NCBI GenBank assembly: GCA_951406725.2
Contig: OX597817.1
Coordinates: forward strand, 57,474,001 to 57,538,000
From: Octopus vulgaris
Lineage: Eukaryota
Direction: 5' to 3'
DNA length: 64,000 nt
Shown piece by piece: positions 40,434-53,915 of this stretch (position 1 is the first letter of the stretch; the number at the start of each line of letters is the position of its first letter). Made by a program: the position numbers and the translations under genes. The notes beneath the pieces are model-generated. The model ran no database searches. It saw only the letters and a list, made by a program, of their open reading frames with translations, and was not told where the DNA came from.

Positions 40434-41800
40434 TCATCATTTATATATTGTCGTCGTTGTCATCATTTAACATCTGTTAAATAACAGCTTAAAGGAAAGT
40501 GTAATGATGGTTGCATCTGATAGGACCCTATGGTGGAGGGGACTGAGGGACCGTATTCTAGCTCACCTAGAAATAACAGGTGAAGAAGATGGAAGGACGG
40601 ATGGATAATAGCTTAATAACATCATCGACAGTTACAATAAGCAGCTTCCACTGTATATGAGAAAGTCGTCAGTTATTTGAAAGTCGAAACATTGCCTTCA
40701 AGCATATACACACACAAATACACATGCACTTGAATGTTCACTGATGTTATTACTTTAAACCATTTACACACACACAAACATATATACATACACACATGTG
40801 TGTGTGTGTTAAGAAATATGTATGTTTAACATGTTTAAATGGATAATGTATACACACAGAATGGATGTAGAGAGCAGGTGTTGTCTTAGTAAAACACAAT
40901 AAAGGTTAAGTGATGGCAGAAAGTATTCCATCATTGATTTGTTTAGTATCTGCATGTCTACAGACACACGCATACGTACATATATCTGTGTATTATATAT
41001 TATATATATATAATAGACACACACACACACAAACGCACACATTCATGCAAACAAATGCATTTGCACATGAAGCAAAGAAGGCAAAAAGAAGACAATAAAA
41101 ATTTTAATAAGTAGTTTAACACTTAAAAAGAAAGGAACAAGGCTTGATGTTTCAGACAGCAGTCCTGAAAAGTAAAAACAAAATAATAACTAAGAACCCC
41201 CTCACCTCAACCCACCCCACCCTCACATAGCTCTTATTTGGAAACAGGAAAAACAGGAAAGTCCAAGATGAAACAGTAAAAAAAATCACCAACAATCATG
41301 TGTGACTGATGTTGCTGGTACCACATAAAAAGGCACCCAGTCCACTCTCTAAAGTGGTTGGCATTAGGAAGGGCATCCAGCTGTAGAAACACTGCTAAAA
41401 CAGACAATTGGAGCTTGCTGCAATCTTCTGGCTTGCCAACGCCTGTCAAACTGTTCAACCCATGCCAGCAGCGAAAAAGGGACATTAAATGATGGCGTTG
41501 GTATATACACATATACATTGCTTATAATGAACAGGAGGAATAGTCCTCAGGACAGTGTTCAGTATTGTCATATTTATTTGGTAAATGCCTTTTGCTATTA
41601 TATGTTAGTTTCACAAAAGCTTGACCAAAGGAATGGCCATATTAAACTGAATTCTTTATGTTCTGAGCTCAAATTCCATTGAGGTCAACTTTACATCCCT
41701 TTGGGGCTGAAAACACAAATACCAGTCAAATATTGGGGTGAATGTAATCAACTTCTCTCTCCCACCAAAATTTCAGGCCTTGTGCCAAATACAGAAAGGA

Positions 41801-42160
41801 TTATTACCTCCGCCTTAACAAAGGCGGAGGTAATGTTTTCAGTTGTGTTTGTTTGTTTGTCTGTGGACAAGATATCTGAAGAACCACTGGATGGATTCGA
41901 ATGAAACTTTCAGGGATGTTTGGCCTTGTGACTGGCAGAACTGATTAGATCTTGGGATCAATCTGGTACCAGGCAAAGATTCTGGATTACTTTTCCTGTT
42001 TTTTTAATTAATTTTTGAGAGCAGTCAGGTTAACTTTTAGTATTCTCATTTGTGAGAGCAAATGAGTTCATTTCTCATTTTAAAAATCATCTCTGGCTAA
42101 TCGTTGAGAGGACATTTGTGTTGCCTCAGCAGAGGTTTGCGCTCTCTGAGTGCTCTTGTT
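41801..42160 (+). mobile_element. Helentron/DINE-like non-autonomous element
   Basis: TTATTACCTCCGCC...GGCGGAGGT hairpin, (GTTT)n, subterminal GCAGAGGT plus GCGCTCTCTGAGTGC palindrome, T-rich ends. Confidence 0.7.
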
Positions 42161-42674
42161 ATTGTTATTATATCCATTTCATTTCTCAGAGCTTTTAATT
42201 TCACTTGTTCCGGTTAATTCTGTAAGAACAGGCAGCAATCTGTTCTCAAAGGCCTCATAGGGTCTCTTCCCACAATATCTAACACCTAATTCCAATCTCG
42301 AGATCCTAGCTGAAGCATGTTCTACCCTTATGCCATTCCCAATTCCTCCAAGTTGGCAGAATCGTTAGCATGCCAGGCCAAATGCTTAGCAGTACTTTGC
42401 CCCCATCTTTACGTTCTGAGTTCAAATACCACCAAGGAAAAATTTGTCCTTCATTCTTTCTGGGCCAATAAAATAAGTACCAGTTGAGTACTAGGGTTGA
42501 TTTGATTGATTCACTCCATCCCCTGAAATTGCTGGTCTTGTACCAAAATTTAAAACCATTATTATTATTATTATTATTATTATTATGATTATTATGATTA
42601 TTATTATTATTATCATTATTATCATTATTATCATTATTATTATCATCATCATCATTACCATTATTATTATCATA

Positions 42675-42850
42675 TTGTCTTTGCACAGCTTCTAACACTG
42701 GAGATGTACTACGGTGTCGGCTGTTCACTACCAGTGAACTAAAGTAACACCCCTTATTTTTCGAGCACCTTCCTGAATATTCAAGCAGTTCCAAGCAGTG
42801 CGATTTATTGCAAGTGCTCCACCCTTATTGCAGCCCCTAGTTGTTCCATG
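42675..42850 (-). mobile_element. R4/Dong-like LINE 3' stub
   Basis: Matches the 3' end of 59224-59770; adjacent (TAA/TGA)n tract. Confidence 0.7.
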
Positions 42851-43387
42851 CACTTCTGAAGAAGTCATTGTCATCGTCGTCAGCATTATTATTATGATTA
42901 AGGCAGCAAGCAAGCAGACTCATTAGCACACCAGGCTAAATGCTTAGTGGTATTTCGCTTGTCGCTACATTCTGTGTTCAAATTCCGCCGAGGTTGACTT
43001 TGCTTTTCATTTTTTCGGGGTCGATAAATTAAGTACCAGTTGAACACTGGGTTTGATGTAATGACATATCCCCTCCTCCAAAATGGTTGCCCTTGTGACA
43101 AATTTTGAAACCATTATTATTATTATCAGTATTTAGGCATGGTCATTGCCAGTACCGCCTAACTGGCCCCGTGCCAGTGGCACGTAAAAAGCACCCACTA
43201 CACTCTTGGAGTGGTTGGCATTAGGAAGGGCATCCAGCAGTAGAAACTCTGCCAGATCAAGATTGGAGCCTGGTGCGGCCGTCTGGTTTGCAGGCCCTCA
43301 GTCAAAATCATCCAACCCATGCTAGCATGGAAAGCGGACGTTAAATGATTATTATTATTATTATTATTATTATTATTGTTGTTGTTA

Positions 43388-43640
43388 TTTGATCTCCATG
43401 TGTCTAACACACGTGGACATGCCTACAAAGTCAGAAGACAACACAGCTCCCATGACTTTCGGAAACATTTCTTCATGCTCAGAGTTGCTGAAGCATGGAA
43501 TAAACTGCCTGCGTCAGTTGTTGACTGCCATGACACTGCATCCTTTAAGGCCCTCATGCTTTCCGAAATCCGTCGAAACTACACCTGATTATATATGCAC
43601 TTTAGATGAGTTGTAGTGCACCTGAGCATTGTACACAATG
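43388..43640 (+). mobile_element. CR1-type LINE 3' end
   Basis: NTRGHAYKV...RKHFFMLRVAEAWNKLPASVV...SFK C-terminal motif, (TAT)n tail. Confidence 0.8.
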
Positions 43641-43681
<41 letters not shown>

Positions 43682-43749
43682 CATCATTATTATTTACAGC
43701 CCTTGAGACTGGGTCTTTGGATTTGCATGCACCACTTCTCTGGCAATAA

Positions 43750-43926
43750 TGCCTTTAACGTTTAAACAGGTCAGATCTGGTTTCTCCTGCCCTACAATGT
43801 CATTCTAGAAATAAACAATCACATCATTGAAATCTTGAAGCTATGAAATAATGGATGGTTAATTCAAAAGAAAGTGAATAAATAATCATTACAATTGACA
43901 GAATAATCTGATTGCTGAAGGGTTAA
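43750..43926. mobile_element. piggyBac-like MITE (degraded)
   Basis: Right end GCTGAAGGG|TTAA; left end decayed CCTTTAACGTTTAAA. Confidence 0.4.
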
Positions 43927-44745
43927 ATTTATTTGCAGCTGAATCTGTTTTAATGATACTTTAAAGGGGGAAAAATAGAGTTTCACAATTTTACTTTTTA
44001 CCAGATTTCAAAGACTTTGTAACAGAGGGAGGAATGTGCATGTGGGAGTGTTAATAAACATTTACAGACTTATCTGACCCATTTAATAAACAAACAGATA
44101 AACAATTATTACATCAAGTGAAGAAATTAAAACAAGAAAGCAAAAAGAAAAATATGAACAACAATTTTTAAAACAAAAAAAGAAAATACGGAAACTCTCA
44201 TTAAGGAGTGACTAATTAAATGATTAGAGTTCTGTTGACAAAGCAGGACATCTTAACGTAATTAAATGGCAAAATATTGATATTTCTCTAAATCGGTCTT
44301 GTTGCCCCACCCCCTCACTCCTCCCTCTATTGTCCAACACAGCATCTGCTCGTTAATCACAATTTGAACCTTAACGAACATGATTGACATTAGAGACTAA
44401 CAAGATTGTTTAACGAGGAATATTTGCATTGATATTATTAACAACACTACACTGGAAATCACCAGCAGCAAGTTAATCCAATCAACGGAGAAACAAGATT
44501 AATCAAACAGCACCAGAAGTTGGCAATTATTGAAAATTCTTAGAATAAATATTTGAAAACAAACAGCAAATCTTGTTGTGTGAAATTGAGACTGATTTGT
44601 TGTTGTTGTTGTTGCGGTAGTAGTAGTTGTTTTTGTTGTTGCTGCTGTTGTGTAGCCGCAGGTAAGTTCTGATTGAGACTGATGACATACATGCATACAC
44701 ATGCGCACTTACATATGTATGTCAATAGATATATGAGTATGTGCT

Positions 44746-44777
<32 letters not shown>

Positions 44778-45342
44778 CATGTATATAGTTGCCATATTTT
44801 TTCCGTTCCTGCCAATTCTGAGTAATGCATAGTATTGCTTAACCATGCAGCTATCTAACATCTGGTTTTAATAACCAATTCAAAACTGATTGGTAAGATC
44901 GGCTACTAATTGATCTTTAATGCTGTATTTATATTACTGATTAACAATGTGTGTGTGCATATGTATATATATATATATATACATACATATAAGAAATTAA
45001 AGAAGGAAAATGTACACACTTTACATAGTTTAATATAATTTTTAATATATCTTATATTGTGTTAGTCAACCAGTTTCGTTTTCACTAATCATGACATTAG
45101 AATTTGTTTAAATATGTATTTCCTTAAGAAAAATTATGTTACTGACATAATAAGGTGAGCAGAAAGACTCTTACAGCTGTTTCAAGAGCAGATGCACAGA
45201 TGGTGCATCCTGCACAAAACAAGCAGAAGCTAGCCATATAGAAGGAATCAATTCTGTGTGTGTGTGTGTGTAGATACATATGTATCATGTCATCCCATAA
45301 GTAATGTCTGGATTTTAAATAAAGAAAACAATAAAGGATTAC

Positions 45343-46189
45343 GGTGAGCTCCTAATATACCACAAAACCCATTTTTTCGTCTGCAAAACGGGAAGGGGGT
45401 TCACAGAAATTTCACACCCCACCCCATCCCAAATCTCACAGTCAGATTCCGTCCCCCCACGCCCAATATGACAGAAAATTTTGGGGCAAATTTTTACAAG
45501 ATGGTCAGTAGATTTTGGCAAGGGAAACTTTCTAGAAGTGCTCATCCTTTTAGAAATAACAGCCAAATCACCCTGGCCACATTGCACCATCTTTGTTGAG
45601 CAAAACGTATCCGTACGGTATGCTTTTATTATCTTTTATGTGTGCGTGCATGTGCATGTGTGTATATGTATATACATATATATATATACACACATATATA
45701 TACACACGCACACATATATATACAGACATGTATACACACACGCACATATATATATACACATACACACATACATATACACACACATATATACACACACATA
45801 CATGCACACAGACACAAAAGATAATAAAAGAAGACTGTACGGATACATTTTGCTCAACAAAGATGGTACAGTGTGGCTAGGGAGATTTGGCTGTTATTTC
45901 TAAAAAGATGAGTGCTCTGGAAAGGTTCCCTTGCCAACTTCTACTAATCCTTGTGTAAATGTTTGCCCCAAAATTTTCCCTATGAAAATTGGGGAAGTGG
46001 GGGTGAATACCAACATGTACTGACTATCATGTAGAAATTTACCAAAAAATTTCCCTGTGAAATTTGGTGGGGGTGGGAATTTGCTGGTGAAATTTGGGGT
46101 GGGGAGGTGTGTGAAATTTCCGAGGGTTCCACCCCACCCCGTTTTGCAGACAAAACAAAAAGAGTTTTGTAACATATTAGGAGCTCACC
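45343..46189. repeat. Long imperfect inverted repeat around a (TA/CA)n spacer
   Basis: GGTGAGCTCCTAATAT/ATATTAGGAGCTCACC ends; CCATCTTTGTTGAGCAAAA/TTTTGCTCAACAAAGATGG inner match. Confidence 0.85.
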
Positions 46190-46498
46190 TTAATTCATTC
46201 AAGGCAAAAAAAAAAATTTTCCCAAAAATCCAGGGTGTGGAGGACGCCCCCACCCATCCTCCCTTTTTTCCGAACTGCAAAAATAAGGGATTTGCAGGAA
46301 AGTAGGAGGTCAAGGGAGTTGATTCCACGCGAAAAATCGTGGGTTTATATTTTTTTGCTGGTGGAAGGCGCTGGTATGTGCTTGTAAAAATTTTTCAAAA
46401 CAAGGTCAACCTCCATTAATCGGGAACATAGATTATTGTATGACTCATAAAACTTCTCGCAACTTAAACCATCCAAAGGTTGGGTGCGTTTGCAAGTG

Positions 46499-46541
<43 letters not shown>

Positions 46542-46895
46542 ATCAGCCTCGCCTGGCCTCCATGCCGGTGGCACGTAAAAAGCACCATCCAATCGTGGCC
46601 GTTTGCCAGCCTCGTCTGGCAGCTGTGCCGGTGGCATGTAAAAAGCACCCACTACGCTCATGGAGTGGTTGGTGTTAGGAAGGTCATCCAGCCGTAGAAA
46701 CATTGCCAGATCAGACTGGGCCTGGTGCAGCCTTCTGGCTTCCCAGACCCCAGGTGCACCATCCAACCCATGCCAGCATGGAAAGCGGATGCTAAACGAT
46801 GATGATGATGATATATACACATAATCCGTTTGTCTGTCCTTGTTTGTCCCCTCTGTGTTTAGCCCCTTGTGGGTAATAAAGAAATAGATATATAC

Positions 46896-46926
<31 letters not shown>

Positions 46927-48530
46927 TATATATATATCATCATCATCATCGTTTAGCGTCCGTTCTCCATGCTAGCATGGGTTGGACAGTTCGACTGGGG
47001 ATCTGGGAAGCCAGAAGGCTGCACCAGGCTCCAGTCTGATCTGGCAGTGTTTCTACAGCTGGATGCCCTTCCTAATGCCAACCACTCTGTGAGAATAGTG
47101 GGTGCTTTTTACGTGCCACCAGCACAGATGCCAGGTGAGGCTGGCAACGGCCACGATCGGATTGGTGCCTTTCACGTGCCACCGGTATGGAAGCCAGTCA
47201 AGACGGCGCTGGCATCGGCCACGGCACATAAAATATAAATTAGAGAAAAAACCACTATTATGCAACTCAAACAGTGATAGACATAAATCAATACATAAAT
47301 AACAAATAATACATATTTTCATAAAACATATAACTTATAACTAGATCTCAAAAAGTATAAAATGAATGATAACTATATAATATAATAAGTAAAAATACTA
47401 CAATAAATTCAAATTACAATTAAGTTTAAATTCATTTGAAATAAATTTGGTTTAAAATTATAGTCAATCTTCAGGTTAATGATAATAGTTAAATAAATAA
47501 GCAAATAGAGTTAAACAATATTTATTTAAGAAATAAATAAAATAATAATTTTTCTTATAGAAAAAAACTCCATTAACTATATAGTGTGTCTATATATATA
47601 TAGACACACACACACACACACACACACGTATATATAATATACATATTATGGGTCCTTCCTTTGTATTTGTTAATTACAATTAAATGTTTGTGTCACAAAT
47701 CAGCTTGCTTCCTCCATCAGACTGACATTGTCTGTACAGGTGGATAAGTGTACCTCACATCAGATGTTGAACTGAATGCAGAACAAAGTGAAGTGAAGTG
47801 TTTTGCTCAAGAACACAATGCACCACCCAGTCTGGGAACCAAAACCCCTTAATCTCACAATCATGAGTGCAGCACTCGGACCACTAGGCCATGTGCAGAA
47901 GTCTGCTTCTGCCACTGATGGCACTTTGGGTAAGTGTCTTCTACTATAGCCTCAAGCTGACCAAAACCTTGTGAGTGGATTTGGTAGACGGAAACTGAAA
48001 GAAGCCTGCCTTATATATATAAAATAGTGTACATTTAAACACAAGAGAAAACTGCCTGTTGAAGGCAGTTTTCTCTTGTGTTTAAATGTACACTATTTTA
48101 TATTGAGAATATATATGTATATATATATATATGTATATGTGTGTGTATATATATATATATATACACACATATACATATATATATATACATATACATACAT
48201 ATACATATATATACATATATATACATATATATATATGTATGTATGTATGTATTTGTGTGTGTGTACATGTGTTTGTTCCCTGACCACCACCATCACTTTA
48301 CAACCGACGTTGGTGAGTTTATGTCCCCATAACTTAGCAGTTCGGCAAAAGTGACCGATAGAATAAGTACTAGGTTCACAAAGAATAAGTCCTGGGGTCG
48401 ATTTCTTCGACTAAAGGTGGTGCTCCAGCATGGCCGCAGTCAAATGACTGAAACAAGTAAAAAAATAAAAGAACATATATATATATATATATATTTATAT
48501 GTGTATATATATAAATATATGCATACATGC

Positions 48531-48581
<51 letters not shown>

Positions 48582-49152
48582 CCTACATATATATGTATAT
48601 ATACATGCATATATGGGTACAGGACACCAAAAAAACGTTGAACACAATGAGAAACGAAAACATAAAAACAAAAACATAGAAACGAACATTTTTTTTGAAC
48701 AACAAAAAAAACAAACAGAGAAACAAGACATACAACATAAATAATATTCCACTTCTTCAGTTGTCCCTGTTTCATCTACTCCACATTTCGAAGACATATA
48801 TATATATAAATGATTGAGATGGCTTATTCGCAACTTACAACCAAAGGGCACAAGTACAGATATTGCTAAAGTGACTGAAGGTGGGAGTCAACACTAGCAT
48901 TGCTAGAAATGAGGGGTCAGAGCAACTCTTAGCCACAGGGAAGCACTTATCTAGTGACTGACAAGGGAGATAAGCTCCCTACAACAACAGGCAGAGCCTC
49001 TTAATTCTAGAGATACTGGTGCTGACTAGCACCCGCATGTCATGCATATATATGTGTACGTGTATGTGTACATATATACGTATATCAAATGCCACGATGG
49101 TTCTTAGTTGTAGGTACAGGAGGTGGTCAAACTCTGCATAAGGAGTAGACAA

Positions 49153-49191
<39 letters not shown>

Positions 49192-49762
49192 CATTTCATT
49201 TCATTTGGGTTTGAGTCCATGCTCAGGCCAAGTCGAAGACTCCACCCTCAGAGTCTGGTGTGGTTGCCAGGTTGTATTCTCTGCTTAATTTTGACATGTG
49301 TAGGAGCGAGTTTGAGTCAGTTTGTGCTCGTTGTGTATATCCTGGGAGATGGGGTTCATCTCTAATGGTGCTTATATACATATATATATATATATGTGAA
49401 GGTACACAGCTCAGTGGTTAGAGTGTCAAGCTTATGATCATGAGGTTCTGAGTTCAAATCTTGGACTGGGCTGCATGTTGTGTTCTTGAGCAAGACACTT
49501 TATTTCACGTTGCTCCTGTTCACTCAGTTGTAGAAGTGAGTTGCAACGTCACAGGTGCCAAGCTGTATCGGCCCCTTTGCCTTTCCCTTGGATAACACCG
49601 GTGGTGTGTAGAGGGGAGGCTGGTATGCATGGGCAACTGCTGACCTTCCATAAAACAACCTTGCTCGGACTTGTGCCTGGGAGGGTAACTTTCTAGGTGC
49701 AATCCCATGGTCAGTCATGACCGTAGAGGGTCTCAGCATATATATATATATGTGTGTGTGTA

Positions 49763-49813
<51 letters not shown>

Positions 49814-49816
49814 TTG

Positions 49817-49858
<42 letters not shown>

Positions 49859-50391
49859 TGTTAGGTGTTGGTGTTAGGAAGGGTAGCCAGCTGTAAAAAT
49901 CCTGCCAAAACATCACAGAAGTCCAGTGCAGGCTTTGGCCTGGCCAGCTCTTGTGGTACCATCCCACCTGTGCTAGCACGTTAAATGATGATGATGATGA
50001 CGATGATGATATATATGTATGTGTGTACGTATGTCTGTATTTATTTGTTTATTTATTTATTTATACATAGGCATGAGACACGCTTCACTAACGCAAAAGA
50101 GAAATGGCAAATTACACTGCACTGCACAAGACAATGCTGTCTTTCCATTAAATAAAGGCTAAAATATATCTTTGCAGCAACACCTCTGATTCCACTACAC
50201 CTTAACATGTCATTTCACTTCTGTTCAATAAACAACAACAACAACAGCAGTTGTGATAAAAGCAAAATCATGTAGAAACTGCAATTATAAGAGGTTTCTT
50301 TTCTTTTCTTTTCGTTTCTTTTCTTTTCTTTTCTTTTCTTTCAGATAAAGAGAAAGAGGGGAATGTAAGGAGTGTGAAAGACATGACTTAC

Positions 50392-50566
50392 CGATATTTA
50401 TATACAAGTTGCTCATTGGCATCGTCTTTGCTTGGGAGTGAGTTTTTCAAAGATTCAAACACAGCTTGGCTGTTGCGTGTGTTGTAAGTTGAAGGTAGAC
50501 TTGGTAACTGGTTGAAGCTTAGGTTCATGGGATCATCCAACACCGACATGTAATCATCAGAAGTGG
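50392..50566 (-). CDS. OSBPL1A: ORP1L/OSBPL1A-like linker exon just before the ORD
   Basis: Acceptor ttttcctattttCAG, donor CG|GTAAGT; 175 nt, phase 1 to 2, open frame (A)TSDDYMSVLDDPMNLSFNQLPSLP...DANEQLVYKY(R); the ORD normally starts with R-TSLP at this point. Confidence 0.85.
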
Positions 50567-50730
50567 CTGAAAATAGGAAAAGTTGACATATATATATGTG
50601 TATGTATATATATATATACTATTTTACTTGTTTCTGTCATTTGACTGTGGCCATGCTGGAGCACCACCTTTAGTTGAGCAAATCAACCCCAGGGCTTATT
50701 CTTTGTAAGCTTAGTACTTATTCTGTCGGT

Positions 50731-53380
50731 CATATTCCAGTTCAACACATTGTAGCTATAAGTAACAACTGGAACTGCTAAGGAATTTATAGCTAACACC
50801 TTGTTACGTGAATTTAGTTCAGATTTCAGGACTGCACGAACTCTCCTATAACATTCCTTCCTGATCTTCTCTTTCATGCTTGCATGCTGAATACCAGAGC
50901 CTTCATTTATCCCTAAATATTTGTATGTTTGTTCTTGCTCAAGCTCTCTTATGACTGTGTCAACATCTAACACGACTGAATTTGTGGTCTTCACTTTCCC
51001 TTTCTGGAAAGTGGCCTTGGCACACTTCTCAAGTCCAAACTCCATCCCGATGTCATCGCTGAATGCTTTCACAGTGCGTAATAGACCTTCAAGTTCATTA
51101 TTGTCTTTACCATAGAGTTTTAAGTCATCCATATAAAATAGATGGCTTATTTTTTTATTGGCAATTTTATACCCATACCCTGTTCTGTTTAATTCACTTG
51201 TAAGGGCTATTAGGGCTATGCAGAATATTAAAGGTGAAAGTGAGTCACCTTGAAAAATTCCACAGCTGATGTTTATATTTTCTGAGGCAAGTACTCCATT
51301 AGAGTGGTATAATTGGAGGTTCGTATTCCACAACGACATATTGTGCTTCAGGAAGCTTGAAATCACAGGGGAAATTTTGAAGATGTCCAGCGATCTCAAG
51401 ATCCATGGATGCGGTATACTGTCGAAGGCCTTTTTATAGTCAATCCATGCGGAGCTGAGATTTCTGCGCTTGTTGTGACAGTTCTCAAGGATTATACGAT
51501 TAATTAGCAGTTGATCTTTGCATCCGTATGAGCCTCGGCGGCACCCTTTTTGTTCAATGGGGAAAATATCGTTCTTCTCCATGAATGCATATGGTTTTCT
51601 CCGCCAGGATAGATGTTAGGATTTTATACGTGGTGGATAGACAGGTTATAGGCCGATAGTTTTTTGGAAGGTTGGTTTTGTTATTCTTTGGGAGTAGGTA
51701 AGTAATACCACTTGCTAACCATTTAGGTGTTTTCTTTGGGTCTCTCATAATTCCATTGAGCAGCTGAACTAGCTTACCGTGTGCGCATGGGAGCGATGCG
51801 AGCCAGAAATTCGGCACCCTATCTTTACCGGGGGATTTCCAATTATGGGCCTTCGTGAGTGCCTTTCTTAGGTCTGCTATTGTGATGTCTTCCCATGCTT
51901 GTTGTTGTAAATTTTGGTAGGATCCTTCAGTTTGTATAACCAGTCTGCATTTATGTTGTACGTCTTCTTGTCACTCCAAATCCTTTTCCAAAAGTTTTGA
52001 ACTTCTTCCATGGGAGGGGGGTCTTTAACGGTTACTTTCTCCTTCCCTATTTCTCTGTAGAATTTTTTGGCATTGGATGTGAACAGCTTATTTTGCTTGT
52101 AAAACTTGTTTCTCTTCTCAAATCTTCGTATTCTTTGGGCTTTTGCTTGGACATTTTGTTTCAGCGTTTCTTTTATTGATATCAGTTCTTCTCTCAGTTA
52201 GGATCCAAATTTTCTCTTCATCTTTCTTCCTGTTCTGGATCTTACATCATTTCCACATATTAGTTCATTTAATACTGATATTTCCCCTCTCATAAATTCA
52301 ATCTCTTTTTCAATTTTACTTCTCCAGGTTTGATTTCTTCCCAGGTTTGGTTTTCTTTGTTTTTTCGGGGGCATACAGCTGGTTTCAATTGCCCTAGCAG
52401 AAGCGTAAATAATTTCATTTAACTCAGTAAAATCAGGTTTTAATTCTTGTATTATTTCATTTGTTACATAGTTGCCAATTTGGATTTGTTTTTTATTTTG
52501 GTTTGTATTTGAGAGTTTATGAAGTGGTTCTCTATCATTCATGCTTGTATGTCTTACAACTTCAAGCATATTCAGGATTTTCTGCCTCATTTCTGCCATA
52601 GACTCTCTGTGTTCTTCAGCAAATGCGAGATCTTCAGTTACTGTTGTTTTATCATTTTCCTGGCTATCTTTAACAGGTTCAATAGAATTTCTTGTATCTT
52701 CAGGCCTTTGCGTAATTTGGTCAGATGGCAGTCTTTCAATTAAGCCTCGTGGCGGGCTATACTTTTCATCTGATTCTTCATTTCCTTTGTGTCTTATGTT
52801 TATGTCATTTTCCGTTGCGTGCTTGATCGCGCTTATTTCACTGTCTGTGAGTCTTTTATTTCTAAGGATATACCTCCTCACATTTGCCAATTTGTTCTCA
52901 TCCAAATAGGGCCTACTGCCTTGATTCCGTGTTCTCCAATACTGTAAGAGTTTGCGGTGTGTCTCTCTTGAGATGGCCTACCTAATGCATAGTAATAAGC
53001 GTATATTACTTCTTTATACTCTTCTCAGGTCCATTTGTTCCGCTTACATTTTTCTTTCTGTGGTGGTTGTGGTGGTGAACTTGGAGGGCTCGAGTTGGGG
53101 AATTTCCCATTCAAGTGACCATCCATGTCCGTATTCGGAGAAGAGTTTGTGCCAGTTGATGACTTTTCGATCCCAGGCTGGCTCTTCCCTGGGGGACACG
53201 CTTCCAGATTAACCACAGGACAAGCGATTTGGTATACTGATTTAGTTTTCCTTTTAGTTTCCAAAAACATTTTGGTGCTACGATAATGTTATCATTTTTG
53301 AGCTTTGATTGGCTCGTGGGGAGACGGCCATCATTGCCGTTACAATTATAATCGTACCATTATAGCAGCCGTAGTCGGCT
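50731..53380 (-). mobile_element. R4/Dong-clade non-LTR retrotransposon, 5' part plus RT, frameshifted and 3'-truncated
   Basis: RT motifs EQKGCRRGS.GCKDQLLI, WIDYKKAFDSIPH, GIFQGDSLSPLIF, HLFYMDDLKLY, YKYLG; R4/Dong-type N-terminus RNKWT...DENKLANVRRYI; TAA-rich 5' flank. Confidence 0.9.
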
Positions 53381-53874
53381 TATTATTGTTATTATCATCA
53401 CCATTATTATCACTATTATCATTATCACCACTATTACTATCATCATTATCATCATCACCACTATTACTATCATCATTATCATCATCACCATCATCATCAT
53501 CAATGATATTGTTTTATGTGTAGTCACAGCAGTATCTTATTGTTATTTTTGTTTTTTATCATTATCACCATCACAGTAGTGTCTGTCTGTCTCGTTGGCT
53601 GGCTGGGTGGTTGACTGGCTGGCTGGCTGGTTGTCTTCAACACCAGAATTCTTGCCTGTCAAATAATACTTTCATATTTGGTTAACATCTAAAGAGCCGA
53701 GGTGAGGGTTGTGTTGGCTGAACTCTGTGAGTGTGTGTAGATAGATAGATAGATTATCAGCACTATTACTATCATTATTATCATCATCACCATCATCACC
53801 ATCAGTGATATTTTTTTCCTTTTTTTTTTTTTAGGTGGAGTCAAAAAAAGTTCAAATGTCTACTACTACTAGCC

Positions 53875-53915
<41 letters not shown>

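Noticed and set aside
45165-45190. GAAACAGCUGUA palindromic hammerhead 3' half on the minus strand
   Set aside because: No matching CUGANGA or stem II upstream; remnant at best.
48740-48796. CUGAAGAAG and GAAA motifs on the minus strand suggesting a permuted hammerhead
   Set aside because: Could not build convincing stems I to III.
53290-53385. Possible HDV-like ribozyme at the Dong element 5' end
   Set aside because: Only two small hairpins seen; the nested double pseudoknot could not be assembled by eye.
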